A stretch of DNA of 39,819 bases from a virus (Duplodnaviria; Caudoviricetes), in IMG/VR virus record IMGVR_UViG_3300017784_000974, positions 1 to 39,819 of that record. One strand, written 5' to 3'. This document shows, piece after piece, positions 19,695-28,887 of this stretch (the first letter of the stretch is position 1; every line of letters begins with the position of its first letter). The notes below the pieces were generated by a model that had not been told where the DNA came from, made no database searches, and was given only the letters and a program-made list of their open reading frames with translations. The position numbers and the translations under genes were made by a program.

Positions 19695-19892
19695 TTACTT
19701 AGCTTCGCCTGTGTGTTTTGCTTTGCCGAAATTAAGCGAAGCCCATTCGATAAGTTTATAAGCACGGCCTAGAAGGGTATTAGGATCTGGTGTCTTTGTG
19801 CCAGCGACTAGCAATGATGCTGCAACAACAATCAGACCACCGATTTGCATGAAGATATCACGTGCATCCCAAACCCTTTCCATAATTTCCAT
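19695..19892 (-). CDS. Holin-like small membrane protein
   Basis: 65 aa, IGGLIVVAASLLVAGTKTP.P, basic C-terminus, next to spanins. Confidence 0.55.
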   Translation of the reverse strand: MEIMERVWDARDIFMQIGGLIVVAASLLVAGTKTPDPNTLLGRAYKLIEWASLNFGKAKHTGEAK

Positions 19893-19898
19893 AGTGTA

Positions 19899-20174
19899 TT
19901 ACTCCTCTTGTAATGCATCCGCATACTCAATAAGAGAATTCTGGATACGACTTAGCATAAAATAGATATCCGGTACTGACAAACCGGCAGTAATCCAGTG
20001 ATGACATTCATTTTTAGAAAACGTCACCAGCAAAACTCCGTCAACATAGTCTCCGGCTTTATCCAGATACTCTTCAAGTTTATCCAGATCATTTCTGATA
20101 TTATCAATTTTATCTTCTTGGGTCAGGTCAGGAATATGCGATAACTCAGTACCCGGAAAATTAATTACTGTCAT
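19899..20174 (-). CDS. Hypothetical protein
   Basis: ATGA overlap with 754-aa gene; VINFP N-terminal motif. Confidence 0.65.
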   Translation of the reverse strand: MTVINFPGTELSHIPDLTQEDKIDNIRNDLDKLEEYLDKAGDYVDGVLLVTFSKNECHHWITAGLSVPDIYFMLSRIQNSLIEYADALQEE

Positions 20175-22435
20175 GACACATTGACCTGTAAGAATGATTT
20201 GTAGGAGTCATAGTTTTTCTTATCTTTCTCAATCTGCCAGAGGGCATATCCCATACCACCTTTGCCATATACATGATACTCGGAATCATCGTCTCTCTGG
20301 AAGAACTGTTCCATGTCTTGTCCCATGGCCAGCAGTTCCCCTGTTGAGATAAAGGACTCTTCACCGACTGAGACCTGTAGATATTTCTGACGGCCTGTGT
20401 CGTCCTTCGTACTCATGTCAACCGGATCATTCAAATCCATACAGGCATCGTAACCGAATAGATGAAACGTACGGAATCCAAGAGTATGCATCAGGGCAAT
20501 TTGCCGCATCGCTGCACAGGTTCCACCAGTGATCAAGAGCCTGTCCGACATACCTTCAAAGTTCACCACAGCATTCGAGAACGCATCCCAGCCGATAACC
20601 TTGGACTTCTTTCTTTTCAGATGAAAGGTCACAGATGGGTCTGTCATCGAAGCCACAAAGTAATATGTATTGGGATTCGGATTATCCAGCAGGTCACGGC
20701 GCTTAAAGCCATGCGTTGAGATACCATCAAGTTCTCGTGGATCAAGGATGACACAGCCCCAAGGTATAATACCATTTTCCATCAGGAAGTTATGGGCGTG
20801 TTTCACGCAAACAACCTTGTGTCCTCTTTCGTAGAGCTCCTGAATTAAAGGCAATTCCCTCTTGATTGAGGGACCACCAGAGACACAGATAACACTCTCC
20901 GTATTCCAGTGGTATCGGGAGTTAATCCACTTATCAATTGTCAGATGATTCGACTTGATATTATTGTGGATATACTCATCGGGGACGCAGTCACGTGGCT
21001 GCACCTTGATAGGAACTGAGATATTTTCGAAGTCGGGGGGGATAGGTAAGTTGCTATTAATAGCATAGGCAAGGCAAGTGATCCCACCTCCCCGTACCCC
21101 GTCCCGTGACGGGATCACACCTGAGTGAAGATCCTTGGAAAGTTCCCCATCAATAATCAGGTTACACCCAAACTTCGCAGTGTCTAGGATTTCCCCGCCT
21201 TCGCCAGATGGCCTGTAGTAATCATCAAAGACAACAACAGGGACATCCTTCAGGTTATTATAGTCCGATCTAATCGTTTCGATTGAGTGTCCCCCATCGA
21301 TGTAAGCAAAGTCTGGGGAATATCGAGACATGATCTGGGGAAGAGTGTCTTTTGAATTACCCTTGATCAGTTCGAAGCTGACCTTCTTTCCTTCCATAAG
21401 AGCATCCTTGGAATAGTTATTAAGGAGTGCCTTAACATTATGAAGGTATGTCCGCTGCTTTACGTTAGCTTCTTCTTTGTCCAGTTCTTCACTGCCGTCT
21501 TCAAAAGTATCCAGTCCGACGTAATGAACAGAATCCGAATTTTCAAGTGCAGCACTAAGTAAGCGTAAAGCTCTCCGGCCATTCCACGTACCGACTTCGA
21601 GAAGCTTGGTGCTCTTGTAATGGGTGATGAACCTTTCGATCTCTTTATAACGCAAAGGTCCGTGTTGATAAGGCGCATTAAGAATCGTCTTACGGCCCCC
21701 TTTAAAGTGAATGAAGTACTGGGCCAAAGCAGAGTACTCAAACGCATCCAGTGTTGCGGTATAAGGTGAAAGATTGTGAGCATTAATCCCATGGTTTTTG
21801 TGAAGGTTGAGGAGCCGTTCGAACGAAAAAGCATCTGTCCATTCCCTTAAGCCAAGAATTTCATTGGATGTATATAGGCCCCGCCAGTCACGGAGAAATT
21901 CATGAGCCTTATTATAATTAAGATTAAAACCAATGAAGCCTGTTTCAGAATAATCGATAATCCCTTCACGTCCAAGATGTACCACATCTGACGTGTCAGG
22001 AAAAACAAGATTCAAAAGGTTGTTATCTACTTTCTTTGTGGTAATCACGTCCGCATCAATCCAACAAATCCATCCCATGTCCTTCTTTGAAGACATGTAC
22101 TTCACATGATCACATAGGGCGAACACCTTGTGGCTGAATTTAACAGCGTCCATCCGATAGTTGTAAGGCTTACCCCCATTAAACTGAGCGTTCTTTGTCT
22201 TGAAAGAATTTAGATCCGTGTTCTTATCCAGAGACACATAGATAATATTCTTTTCTTTAATGATATCTTTTGGTAACTTTCCACCATCATAATACACAGT
22301 GAGCCTGATGTTCTTAGGCCAGAACTTTACCCAGCTTTCGATAAAACGTCGGGCGTATACGTCATAGTCGCTGATCTTGAAAGAGGTGATTACATTGATA
22401 GGGACGTGAAGATCTAGTTTGTATGGGATGGTCAT
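20171..22435 (-). CDS. Three-domain glycosyltransferase / SAM methyltransferase / Maf(DUF115)-like fusion
   Basis: GT-A: DAVKFSHKVFA, WIDADV, SETGF, H.KG; MTase: LLEVGTWNG, GLDTF, LIKGNS, FAYIDGGHS, VVFDDY; Maf-like: CVSGGPSI, L.ENGIIP..CVILDP, GGTCA, LGFRTFHLFGYD. Confidence 0.75.
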   Translation of the reverse strand: MTIPYKLDLHVPINVITSFKISDYDVYARRFIESWVKFWPKNIRLTVYYDGGKLPKDIIKEKNIIYVSLDKNTDLNSFKTKNAQFNGGKPYNYRMDAVKFSHKVFALCDHVKYMSSKKDMGWICWIDADVITTKKVDNNLLNLVFPDTSDVVHLGREGIIDYSETGFIGFNLNYNKAHEFLRDWRGLYTSNEILGLREWTDAFSFERLLNLHKNHGINAHNLSPYTATLDAFEYSALAQYFIHFKGGRKTILNAPYQHGPLRYKEIERFITHYKSTKLLEVGTWNGRRALRLLSAALENSDSVHYVGLDTFEDGSEELDKEEANVKQRTYLHNVKALLNNYSKDALMEGKKVSFELIKGNSKDTLPQIMSRYSPDFAYIDGGHSIETIRSDYNNLKDVPVVVFDDYYRPSGEGGEILDTAKFGCNLIIDGELSKDLHSGVIPSRDGVRGGGITCLAYAINSNLPIPPDFENISVPIKVQPRDCVPDEYIHNNIKSNHLTIDKWINSRYHWNTESVICVSGGPSIKRELPLIQELYERGHKVVCVKHAHNFLMENGIIPWGCVILDPRELDGISTHGFKRRDLLDNPNPNTYYFVASMTDPSVTFHLKRKKSKVIGWDAFSNAVVNFEGMSDRLLITGGTCAAMRQIALMHTLGFRTFHLFGYDACMDLNDPVDMSTKDDTGRQKYLQVSVGEESFISTGELLAMGQDMEQFFQRDDDSEYHVYGKGGMGYALWQIEKDKKNYDSYKSFLQVNVS

Positions 22436-22456
22436 GGTAGTGGTCGGTTTCCTTTG

Positions 22457-23203
22457 TTAATAAAATAATTTTGGTGGGCCAAGCTTTTCAAACTCGTTCA
22501 TCCATTCCTGAGAGAATAGACAGTTTCTGTATTTAGGAAACCATGGGCCTCCTTCGGTATAGTGGATAGCTTTTGGTGTGACACCTTCGTTTTCACCCTC
22601 GATAAAATTCCATTTGACCGGGATGTCTCCGATCAGATCTGGGGAAGACAGCCATCCAAACTGATGCAAGTGTGTGCCCAGGGCTGTGTTCACGGTACTG
22701 ATATCGAGTTTAATGTTTTCAGGGTGGCTCATGTTGAAGAGCATTAGACTGCTCCAGAGTTTCATATTGTAAGCCATCTGAAGCCTACCGTCCATCTTGA
22801 TCGAGGACTGGGGGGTATAGTCATGCTTCACAACCGATACCGCTTTGGTAGTGTCGAAGTGATCCTCGATCATCTCTTGGATATCACCCAGAAACAGAAA
22901 ATCACAATCGAGAAAAACAACAGGTCCTTCAGATAGTCCATTTCGTCTGGCAAGCTCGGGTACAAGGAACCGTGTAAAAGCAAACTCTGTAGAGAAAGGT
23001 CGTCCATCGGTTTCATCCCAGTAGTCTCCTTTCTCATCAACTCTCCATGTGCGCCAGAACTTTTTAGCATCCCGAAGTTCTTGGTGTCGGAGTGGGATAA
23101 TGTCCTCCTCCTTAAGACCCGGTGAGTTTCTAAGAATAGAGGCGTGGCATACACGGTATACCACGTCTTCTCGGTTATCATAACCGATAAATATCTTTGT
23201 CAT
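22457..23203 (-). CDS. Glycosyltransferase (GT-A, GT8-like phage family)
   Basis: KIFIGYD.RE, STEFAFTRFLVP, FLDCDFLF (DxD), AVSVVKHDY, WSSLMLFN, HYTEGGPWF. Confidence 0.8.
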   Translation of the reverse strand: MTKIFIGYDNREDVVYRVCHASILRNSPGLKEEDIIPLRHQELRDAKKFWRTWRVDEKGDYWDETDGRPFSTEFAFTRFLVPELARRNGLSEGPVVFLDCDFLFLGDIQEMIEDHFDTTKAVSVVKHDYTPQSSIKMDGRLQMAYNMKLWSSLMLFNMSHPENIKLDISTVNTALGTHLHQFGWLSSPDLIGDIPVKWNFIEGENEGVTPKAIHYTEGGPWFPKYRNCLFSQEWMNEFEKLGPPKLFY

Positions 23204-23240
23204 TGTACTCTACCAGTTTAAAAAGGATGGGACTCTAGGG

Positions 23241-23501
23241 CTAGAGTGGTGGCGAACTTCTAAGACAGAACCTTTTTCTTTTTATTACCTCTTCATGTAT
23301 AATCATACCATGGTCCTCATACAGGGTATTAAGATAAGACCGCCAAAGTTCTTTGGCATTCTCTGCCGCTACTTCGTAGCTATTGTAAGCCCGTTCGCTT
23401 TCAGACATTGTGATGTCATACAGTTCTTCCTGACAATTTCGAATCTCTTCAGAGAGTTCTTTGATTCTTGCATTCTTGCTGGCTTCTTCAGTCATTTTCA
23501 T
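23241..23501 (-). CDS. Hypothetical coiled-coil protein
   Basis: Fills the gap in the minus-strand operon. Confidence 0.55.
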   Translation of the reverse strand: MKMTEEASKNARIKELSEEIRNCQEELYDITMSESERAYNSYEVAAENAKELWRSYLNTLYEDHGMIIHEEVIKRKRFCLRSSPPL

Positions 23502-23512
23502 TTCTATTGTTA

Positions 23513-23938
23513 TTAATAAAGCTCTGCATTGTCAACGGATATATGGTAAAACGTTTCGCCTTTGTCAAGGTATCTATTACTAGCTTCCTTAACTTCTGAA
23601 GATCTTACCACGTCCGCAGGAATTCTCCAGAAGTTTTCACCGTCCGCAGAAATTACATAGAACGTAAGATCTTCCTCATCATACTTATCTAGTAACCTCT
23701 TCTTCCTTGATGGAATACGAATCTCTGACCAATGTTCTGGCCACTTACCCTTCCATGAGAACTTCATCTCGGCCTCGTGAAAGAAACTCCCACCGTTCTT
23801 GGTTGTCTCTATATCTGCGTAGTAATTTTCTTTGCTGTTAACAATCGAGTGACCCTCGCTTTTCAGGTAACTGCTGATGACATCTTTTGCAGTCTTGTCT
23901 GCCATGTTATACAGGCTCCGAGAGAATTTCTTTTTCAT
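23513..23938 (-). CDS. PD-(D/E)xK nuclease-fold protein
   Basis: ADI....FFHEAEMK..W motif; TGATG coupling to RNR. Confidence 0.55.
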   Translation of the reverse strand: MKKKFSRSLYNMADKTAKDVISSYLKSEGHSIVNSKENYYADIETTKNGGSFFHEAEMKFSWKGKWPEHWSEIRIPSRKKRLLDKYDEEDLTFYVISADGENFWRIPADVVRSSEVKEASNRYLDKGETFYHISVDNAELY

Positions 23939-25860
23939 CAGAAAATCTCACAGGAGTTGCCAACACAGGCAAGCTCCTGAGACGCAATGGTGTTGTCCTC
24001 TTTCTCGTAAAAGGCTAGGTCTTCCCAGTCGATATCTGTTGGCATAGTCATAAGCATTTCTTTATATTGTTGTTCATTGATATCGGTGTACGGGGCTTGT
24101 TGATAGACATGATCATCGAATGGTAGAAATGCAATGCCTGATAGATAATGCCAGTTATCATGGAGCCACGCCCCTACCTTAAGCCACTCGTCGTCTTTCA
24201 TCGAGATTGTGACTGAAGGCTTATGCTCACACCAAGTTGTGGCATAAATCTTCCAGAAGTTAAGCTGTTGCAGCGCAGTCTTATCTGTTCGACAGATTGA
24301 ATTTTCTGGTGCAGCCATGGGGAAAGAGAAGATAACATTCTGTGAATTACCAAGATCTGCCTCGTTCGGAAAGCCAGCCTTGATCATAAATTCTGTAAGC
24401 GGGTCTTTAATGTCAGAACGGACAGTGCGTATATAGTAAGGATTATGACGGGCATGAATACCACTAGAACTATCAACAAGCTGAGAGACAGTACCACTAG
24501 GCTTGACACAAGTGATCGATGCACTAGGATTAATGCCCAGCAAATCAGCGTATTCACGATTGACTTCGACTGCGTATTCACGTAGGTCATTTAGAAGTTT
24601 CTCCAGATCAGGGTTTTCCTCGGTCAGAAGAGGACAATCTAAAATCCCCGTTAGTGAAACACCAAGAAGTCTTTCCTCCTCTGTGTTTTTACGCCAGATT
24701 TTTCTGAGGTATTTGAAATTAGTAAGCGTGGACTGGATAGTGCCAAGGATTGTTGCGGCCTTGATCTTATCCATCAGGGTTTGTTTAGTATCAGAGGGAC
24801 GGCAGACAACCTCTGTCAGATTACAGAATTGATTTGGCCTGAGAATAATCTCAGAGCATGGGTTTGTTCCGAACTCGTGGTCAGGATCACGGCGACCATT
24901 CTTCTTGACATGATCTTTTGCTGCTTGTCTATTGAAGATACCCCGCTCCCCATTCTTAGACATATAGAGAGCCAGCCACTCTTCCATGAAGACACCAATA
25001 TTATCCGGCTTCTCGGTATAGCATACCGAGTTATTGGCCAAGGCCCTTTGTGGATTTGCCTTGTGCCACTCACCTACTTTTGCATTTCTCATACGTGTGT
25101 CAGATAGATTGGACAGGGAGATAAGGGCTGATCTACGGACACCGCCGACAACAACCACATCTCCGATCTTACACATGATGTCATGACACTGAAGGCTGTT
25201 AAGTTTGCGTCCCGCTGCGTCTTTGAACGTGTTAACAGTAAATCTGAACAGTTCTTCAAGGGGCTCTGGTCCTGAGGCCCGACCACCAAATACTTTGAGC
25301 AAGGCACCAGCAGGTCTGATCTTATCCATGTTCCACTGTGGGATAGACCCCTGATACAGGGATCCAATCAGTTCACGAAAACCACGGGCCCAGCCTTCTT
25401 TTGAATCCCCTACATTAATAACTGAGTCTGAATATTCCAAGGTCTCGGAAACAGCGGGTAGCTTATTAATGTAATCTCGTTCGACCGAGAACCCTACCCC
25501 TGTCCCATTCATCAGGATATATAGACACTCATCAAAAGCCCGTGGGTGATCGACCGGGAGATACGAACAGTTATACCCTGCAACATTCTCTCTCTTCAGT
25601 GCAAGACCAGCAGTCATCATGCATCGCATAGATGGCATCACCTGTAGGTCAAGAACTTTGGTTTCCAGATAATCTCTTAGTTCTCTTGTAAGAATATCCG
25701 GTCCAAGATGATCATCGAAGAAATCAAAGTATCGAGAGACAGTCTCTGGGAAAGTTTCACGACGTTCTTTTTCTTTATCCCAACGTGAATAACGAGAGAG
25801 GTGAATGTATTGTTGATAGAGCGAGGGAAGATAGTTATTATTCATCATTTGTTTACGCAC
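23938..25860 (-). CDS. nrdJ: Class II (adenosylcobalamin-dependent) ribonucleotide reductase
   Basis: VMPSMR, YNCSY, GTGVGFS, GGVRRSA, GTNPCSEI, FCNLTE, TCVKPSGT, C-terminal CVGNSC; no beta subunit gene nearby; true start may be a few codons later. Confidence 0.9.
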   Translation of the reverse strand: MRKQMMNNNYLPSLYQQYIHLSRYSRWDKEKERRETFPETVSRYFDFFDDHLGPDILTRELRDYLETKVLDLQVMPSMRCMMTAGLALKRENVAGYNCSYLPVDHPRAFDECLYILMNGTGVGFSVERDYINKLPAVSETLEYSDSVINVGDSKEGWARGFRELIGSLYQGSIPQWNMDKIRPAGALLKVFGGRASGPEPLEELFRFTVNTFKDAAGRKLNSLQCHDIMCKIGDVVVVGGVRRSALISLSNLSDTRMRNAKVGEWHKANPQRALANNSVCYTEKPDNIGVFMEEWLALYMSKNGERGIFNRQAAKDHVKKNGRRDPDHEFGTNPCSEIILRPNQFCNLTEVVCRPSDTKQTLMDKIKAATILGTIQSTLTNFKYLRKIWRKNTEEERLLGVSLTGILDCPLLTEENPDLEKLLNDLREYAVEVNREYADLLGINPSASITCVKPSGTVSQLVDSSSGIHARHNPYYIRTVRSDIKDPLTEFMIKAGFPNEADLGNSQNVIFSFPMAAPENSICRTDKTALQQLNFWKIYATTWCEHKPSVTISMKDDEWLKVGAWLHDNWHYLSGIAFLPFDDHVYQQAPYTDINEQQYKEMLMTMPTDIDWEDLAFYEKEDNTIASQELACVGNSCEIF

Positions 25861-26047
25861 CTTTTAGATTAATATCAGACCTGATTTGAAAATACTCTGA
25901 GCCCGTTGGATCTAGCTTGAACTTTTCAACATACACGTTTACCTCATAACCTCTGTTACTCCAGTACATACGGATTTTATGAGCAAGTGCCTTACTTTCT
26001 CTGTAGCTCCCTAAGTAGTCAGGGATTTTTCTATCCTGTTCCATCAT
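25853..26047 (-). CDS. Hypothetical protein
   Basis: 64 aa in operon, overlaps RNR start. Confidence 0.6.
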   Translation of the reverse strand: MMEQDRKIPDYLGSYRESKALAHKIRMYWSNRGYEVNVYVEKFKLDPTGSEYFQIRSDINLKGA

Positions 26048-26072
26048 GGCTGAACCCTTATTCTAACATATC

Positions 26073-26492
26073 TCATGGCAAGCGCAACGAAAATGAAATT
26101 CTTTTTTGTAGCACTTCTATCTCGGCCTCCAGCTTTTCAATTTTTATAGTTTGATTATTTAATTTAGAGCGCATATCAGTTCCTCCGAGTAAGTTCTTTT
26201 CGAGGCGTCCGTTGAGTTTATCCAGATTGAGCTTTGCCACATCCCCGAGTCTAAGATTCATATCAGAGCATAGCGCAGAGACATACCACAGCACGTCACC
26301 AAGCTCCCCGGCAAGATCATCTTTAATCTCAGAGAGCTCGACATCACCTCGTGTGATCTTCTTGATCTTGTTACAAACTTCCCCAGCCTCACCGGCTAAA
26401 CCCATGGCTGGGTAGATTACCTTGGCATCATCAGGATACACCGCAGTCTTCCTCGACGCTGCCTGATAAACATTAAAATTCAATTCGATCAT
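26073..26492 (-). CDS. mazG: MazG-like nucleotide pyrophosphohydrolase
   Basis: YPAMGLAGEAGEV..KIKK..R, ELGDVLWY, NL.KL..R. Confidence 0.85.
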   Translation of the reverse strand: MIELNFNVYQAASRKTAVYPDDAKVIYPAMGLAGEAGEVCNKIKKITRGDVELSEIKDDLAGELGDVLWYVSALCSDMNLRLGDVAKLNLDKLNGRLEKNLLGGTDMRSKLNNQTIKIEKLEAEIEVLQKRISFSLRLP

Positions 26493-26736
26493 GGTCCATT
26501 AATCCTTTAGACTGTTCGTGTTTCACAGAAGTGGCCAGCTTATCTAGGTACCACTGGGATTTTTGAAGATCCTCATGCCCACCCTTGTTCTTATATCTGA
26601 ACAAATACTTCAGGACGTTACCCCGTAGGAACCCATGATATTCTTCTGGGCTCAGTTGATCTTTTAGGATATCGATAACTTCCCAGTTACCTGTTCTGTA
26701 GTGAGGTGGTTTGTTAACCATATCAATGATAGCCAT
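26473..26736 (-). CDS. DUF3310 / T7 gp1.7-like nucleotide kinase family
   Basis: DMVNKPPHY, EVID, GFLRGNVLKYLFRY..K, EDLQKS.WYL. Confidence 0.85.
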   Translation of the reverse strand: MAIIDMVNKPPHYRTGNWEVIDILKDQLSPEEYHGFLRGNVLKYLFRYKNKGGHEDLQKSQWYLDKLATSVKHEQSKGLMDHDRIEF

Positions 26737-26739
26737 CTA

Positions 26740-27000
26740 CTAAGACCCAGAAGGGATGTTATCAATTAGGGAATCTGCACGTCTCAAAAAGATAGTCTCA
26801 TCATTATCAATCTGGGGGTTATAAGCGGTGCCGATTCTTAGACATACCGCTTTTCTATAGTCGAGCTCTTTATAAAATTCGTTGTAATCGTTTGCGGTTT
26901 GTTCACAGTATTCCTTGTTTTCCCCTACATAGATAGGATTACTACTCATATCCGGACCTTGTGCGAAAGCAAATACCATAAAGACGACATAGATATCCAT
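26740..27000 (-). CDS. Hypothetical protein with hydrophobic N-terminus and two Cys
   Basis: AAGGA RBS; operon position. Confidence 0.55.
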   Translation of the reverse strand: MDIYVVFMVFAFAQGPDMSSNPIYVGENKEYCEQTANDYNEFYKELDYRKAVCLRIGTAYNPQIDNDETIFLRRADSLIDNIPSGS

Positions 27001-27013
27001 AGTTTTTATTTCC

Positions 27014-27394
27014 TTATGTTGTAGTTATTGCTGTGTCTAACAGGGCATTGATTCGGAATCTTTCAAATGGTTGGCCATGGAACAGCACGTTCGTGGACAA
27101 CCGCCTTACTTGATCTTCTGAGATACCGGCGTTCTCGCAGACCGTTTCTCGATCCTCCGCTGTGACACAGGCCGACACCACTGTCAACCATCGTGTAGCA
27201 GAACGCCGGTATTCACAGATAGCTTCCGAATCAGAAGACCTTGGTTCCTTGGTTGCATCGAGAATAGCTTGGGCAATAACAGCAAACCACATTAGCTGCT
27301 CTGGACCCCAACTAGCATCCGTGGTACTAAGCATATCAAACGTCACATAATCGAGATCGATATTAGAGGACCCTTGGTATTCTGATCCGGCCAT
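27014..27394 (-). CDS. Conserved phage hypothetical protein
   Basis: PEQLMWFAVIAQAILDA..A.RWL..D..TVCE.AG; start reassigned to ATG 27394 to avoid overlap. Confidence 0.6.
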   Translation of the reverse strand: MAGSEYQGSSNIDLDYVTFDMLSTTDASWGPEQLMWFAVIAQAILDATKEPRSSDSEAICEYRRSATRWLTVVSACVTAEDRETVCENAGISEDQVRRLSTNVLFHGQPFERFRINALLDTAITTT

Positions 27395-27398
27395 TAAA

Positions 27399-27599
27399 TT
27401 AAGTCTTCCAGTAACGTGTGTAAATCTTATTGTTAACTGGGTTAACCCTTTGCTCAGTCGTGATGTCCATACCCTTACAGCGGAGCTTATAGATTGCATC
27501 ACGGAGAGACACGATCCCATAATCAAGCAGAGCTTCTCTGCTAGAGATGTGCCCAATATCTTCGAGGTGCTGTGAAATATTTGTGATCTTGGTTGTCAT
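27399..27599 (-). CDS. Small winged helix-turn-helix protein
   Basis: HL..GHISSREAL..YGI.SL...IY.LR..G.DI.T; AAGGA RBS. Confidence 0.7.
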   Translation of the reverse strand: MTTKITNISQHLEDIGHISSREALLDYGIVSLRDAIYKLRCKGMDITTEQRVNPVNNKIYTRYWKT

Positions 27600-27624
27600 T
27601 GGTATCTTTGTCCTTTTACAGATG

Positions 27625-28047
27625 TTATAATTCTTGTAGGATAGTGCCTAGCTTTTCGTTTAAATCAGGGCATACTTCTTTAGGTATAAATCTGATCCCT
27701 CCGATTTGTCTATTGTAATACTCCCGTTCTTCTTGACTATCCAGCTTGCTTGATAGGACATCAAGTTTATGTTGAGCATTTGCTTCTGCGTATGTTAGGC
27801 CTCCTCTTGTCTCATACTGATGGATAATAATAAACCTGAAGTTATTCAGGCCATAGTCTTTAATAGCAGCATGGAGATATCTTGACGAGCTTTTATAAGT
27901 CTTCCAGTCCGTATATCCTACGGCCTTCTTCTTGGAATATCTTTTGAACTGCTTACGTCCAACATATTTCTGTTTTGTTTTTTTATTGTAGACAATATAA
28001 AGAAAACCGAAGAACCATTGAGGGTCTATCTTTCCTTTAAAAAACAT
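27625..28047 (-). CDS. GIY-YIG (Seg-like) endonuclease family protein
   Basis: FGFLYIVYN....KYVGRKQF, DWKTY.SSS..L, YYN..I; start reassigned to 28047. Confidence 0.7.
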   Translation of the reverse strand: MFFKGKIDPQWFFGFLYIVYNKKTKQKYVGRKQFKRYSKKKAVGYTDWKTYKSSSRYLHAAIKDYGLNNFRFIIIHQYETRGGLTYAEANAQHKLDVLSSKLDSQEEREYYNRQIGGIRFIPKEVCPDLNEKLGTILQEL

Positions 28048-28876
28048 TTCCCACGGCGTCAATGTAATACTTTGGCTGGTCGTTCCAACCTTTTTCTTCG
28101 ATGAGCCCTTCGCCTTGGTTGGCGTCCGCCCAGCACGTGTGCTTGAAGTCACAGTAGACACAGCCTGATCTAAGATACTGTCGGCCATCTTTCTTGGCCG
28201 TGACGGGTGTGAAGCATCTTTCCGGGGGCTCCCCTTTACTAATGACTTCTTTAGCTTCGGCAATTCTTTCTTTAGCACTAGGTGTTTCCAAAATAGTAAC
28301 CGGCATGTAGCAGATTTCTCCGGTCACTTTGTTAATAGCAAGGAACCCGCCTTCGTCTGCACTGTCTGCTTGGATATAAGCCCCAAGCTGTTGCATGTAT
28401 CCAAACGGGTCGTCTTGTAAATCCCCCTTTTTAAATTTCTGAAACCCAAAGTCAGACGCACTCTTTGCATCAACAATGACACCATCAATCTTACAGTCGA
28501 TGTGTCCTCTGACACCGTCAATTTCGTATTCTCTTTGCTGATCTGTGACCTTATGTCCAGCAGTCTTAACTAAAAGAAGAAGCAGGGATTCGAGTAAATG
28601 ACCATAAGTAAACTTTAGTAATGTGTCATAAGGTAAAGAACTCTCGGAACTTTTCATATGTTCCTTGTACCATAACTGTCTGTTCTTTTTACCAAGAGAA
28701 GAGAAGCGGAGGGTATCTCTCTCTTTCTCTTTTTTCGGATCCCTGCATTCTTCGAATAGACCAGTGACAGCTTCACGAACTTCGTCAAGGAAATCATTCA
28801 TGTCCTTTGCAGAAGGAGAAGACTCACCACATTCAATGGTTTTTTGAATGTTCTTTACGATGTTATGAAGTGTCAC
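28037..28876 (-). CDS. Cas4-like / PD-(D/E)xK exonuclease
   Basis: LRFSSLG..RQLWY, GHIDCKIDG.IVDAKSAS, Y.QQL.AY, CVYCDFKHTCW. Confidence 0.8.
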   Translation of the reverse strand: MTLHNIVKNIQKTIECGESSPSAKDMNDFLDEVREAVTGLFEECRDPKKEKERDTLRFSSLGKKNRQLWYKEHMKSSESSLPYDTLLKFTYGHLLESLLLLLVKTAGHKVTDQQREYEIDGVRGHIDCKIDGVIVDAKSASDFGFQKFKKGDLQDDPFGYMQQLGAYIQADSADEGGFLAINKVTGEICYMPVTILETPSAKERIAEAKEVISKGEPPERCFTPVTAKKDGRQYLRSGCVYCDFKHTCWADANQGEGLIEEKGWNDQPKYYIDAVGNVF

Positions 28877-28887
28877 TGGCCTATACC

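Noticed and set aside
27395-27556. N-terminal extension of the 180-aa ORF
   Set aside because: Overlaps the HTH gene; ATG 27394 fits the operon
28048-28278. N-terminal extension of the 217-aa ORF
   Set aside because: Lies inside the exonuclease gene; the GIY-YIG-like domain begins at ATG 28047
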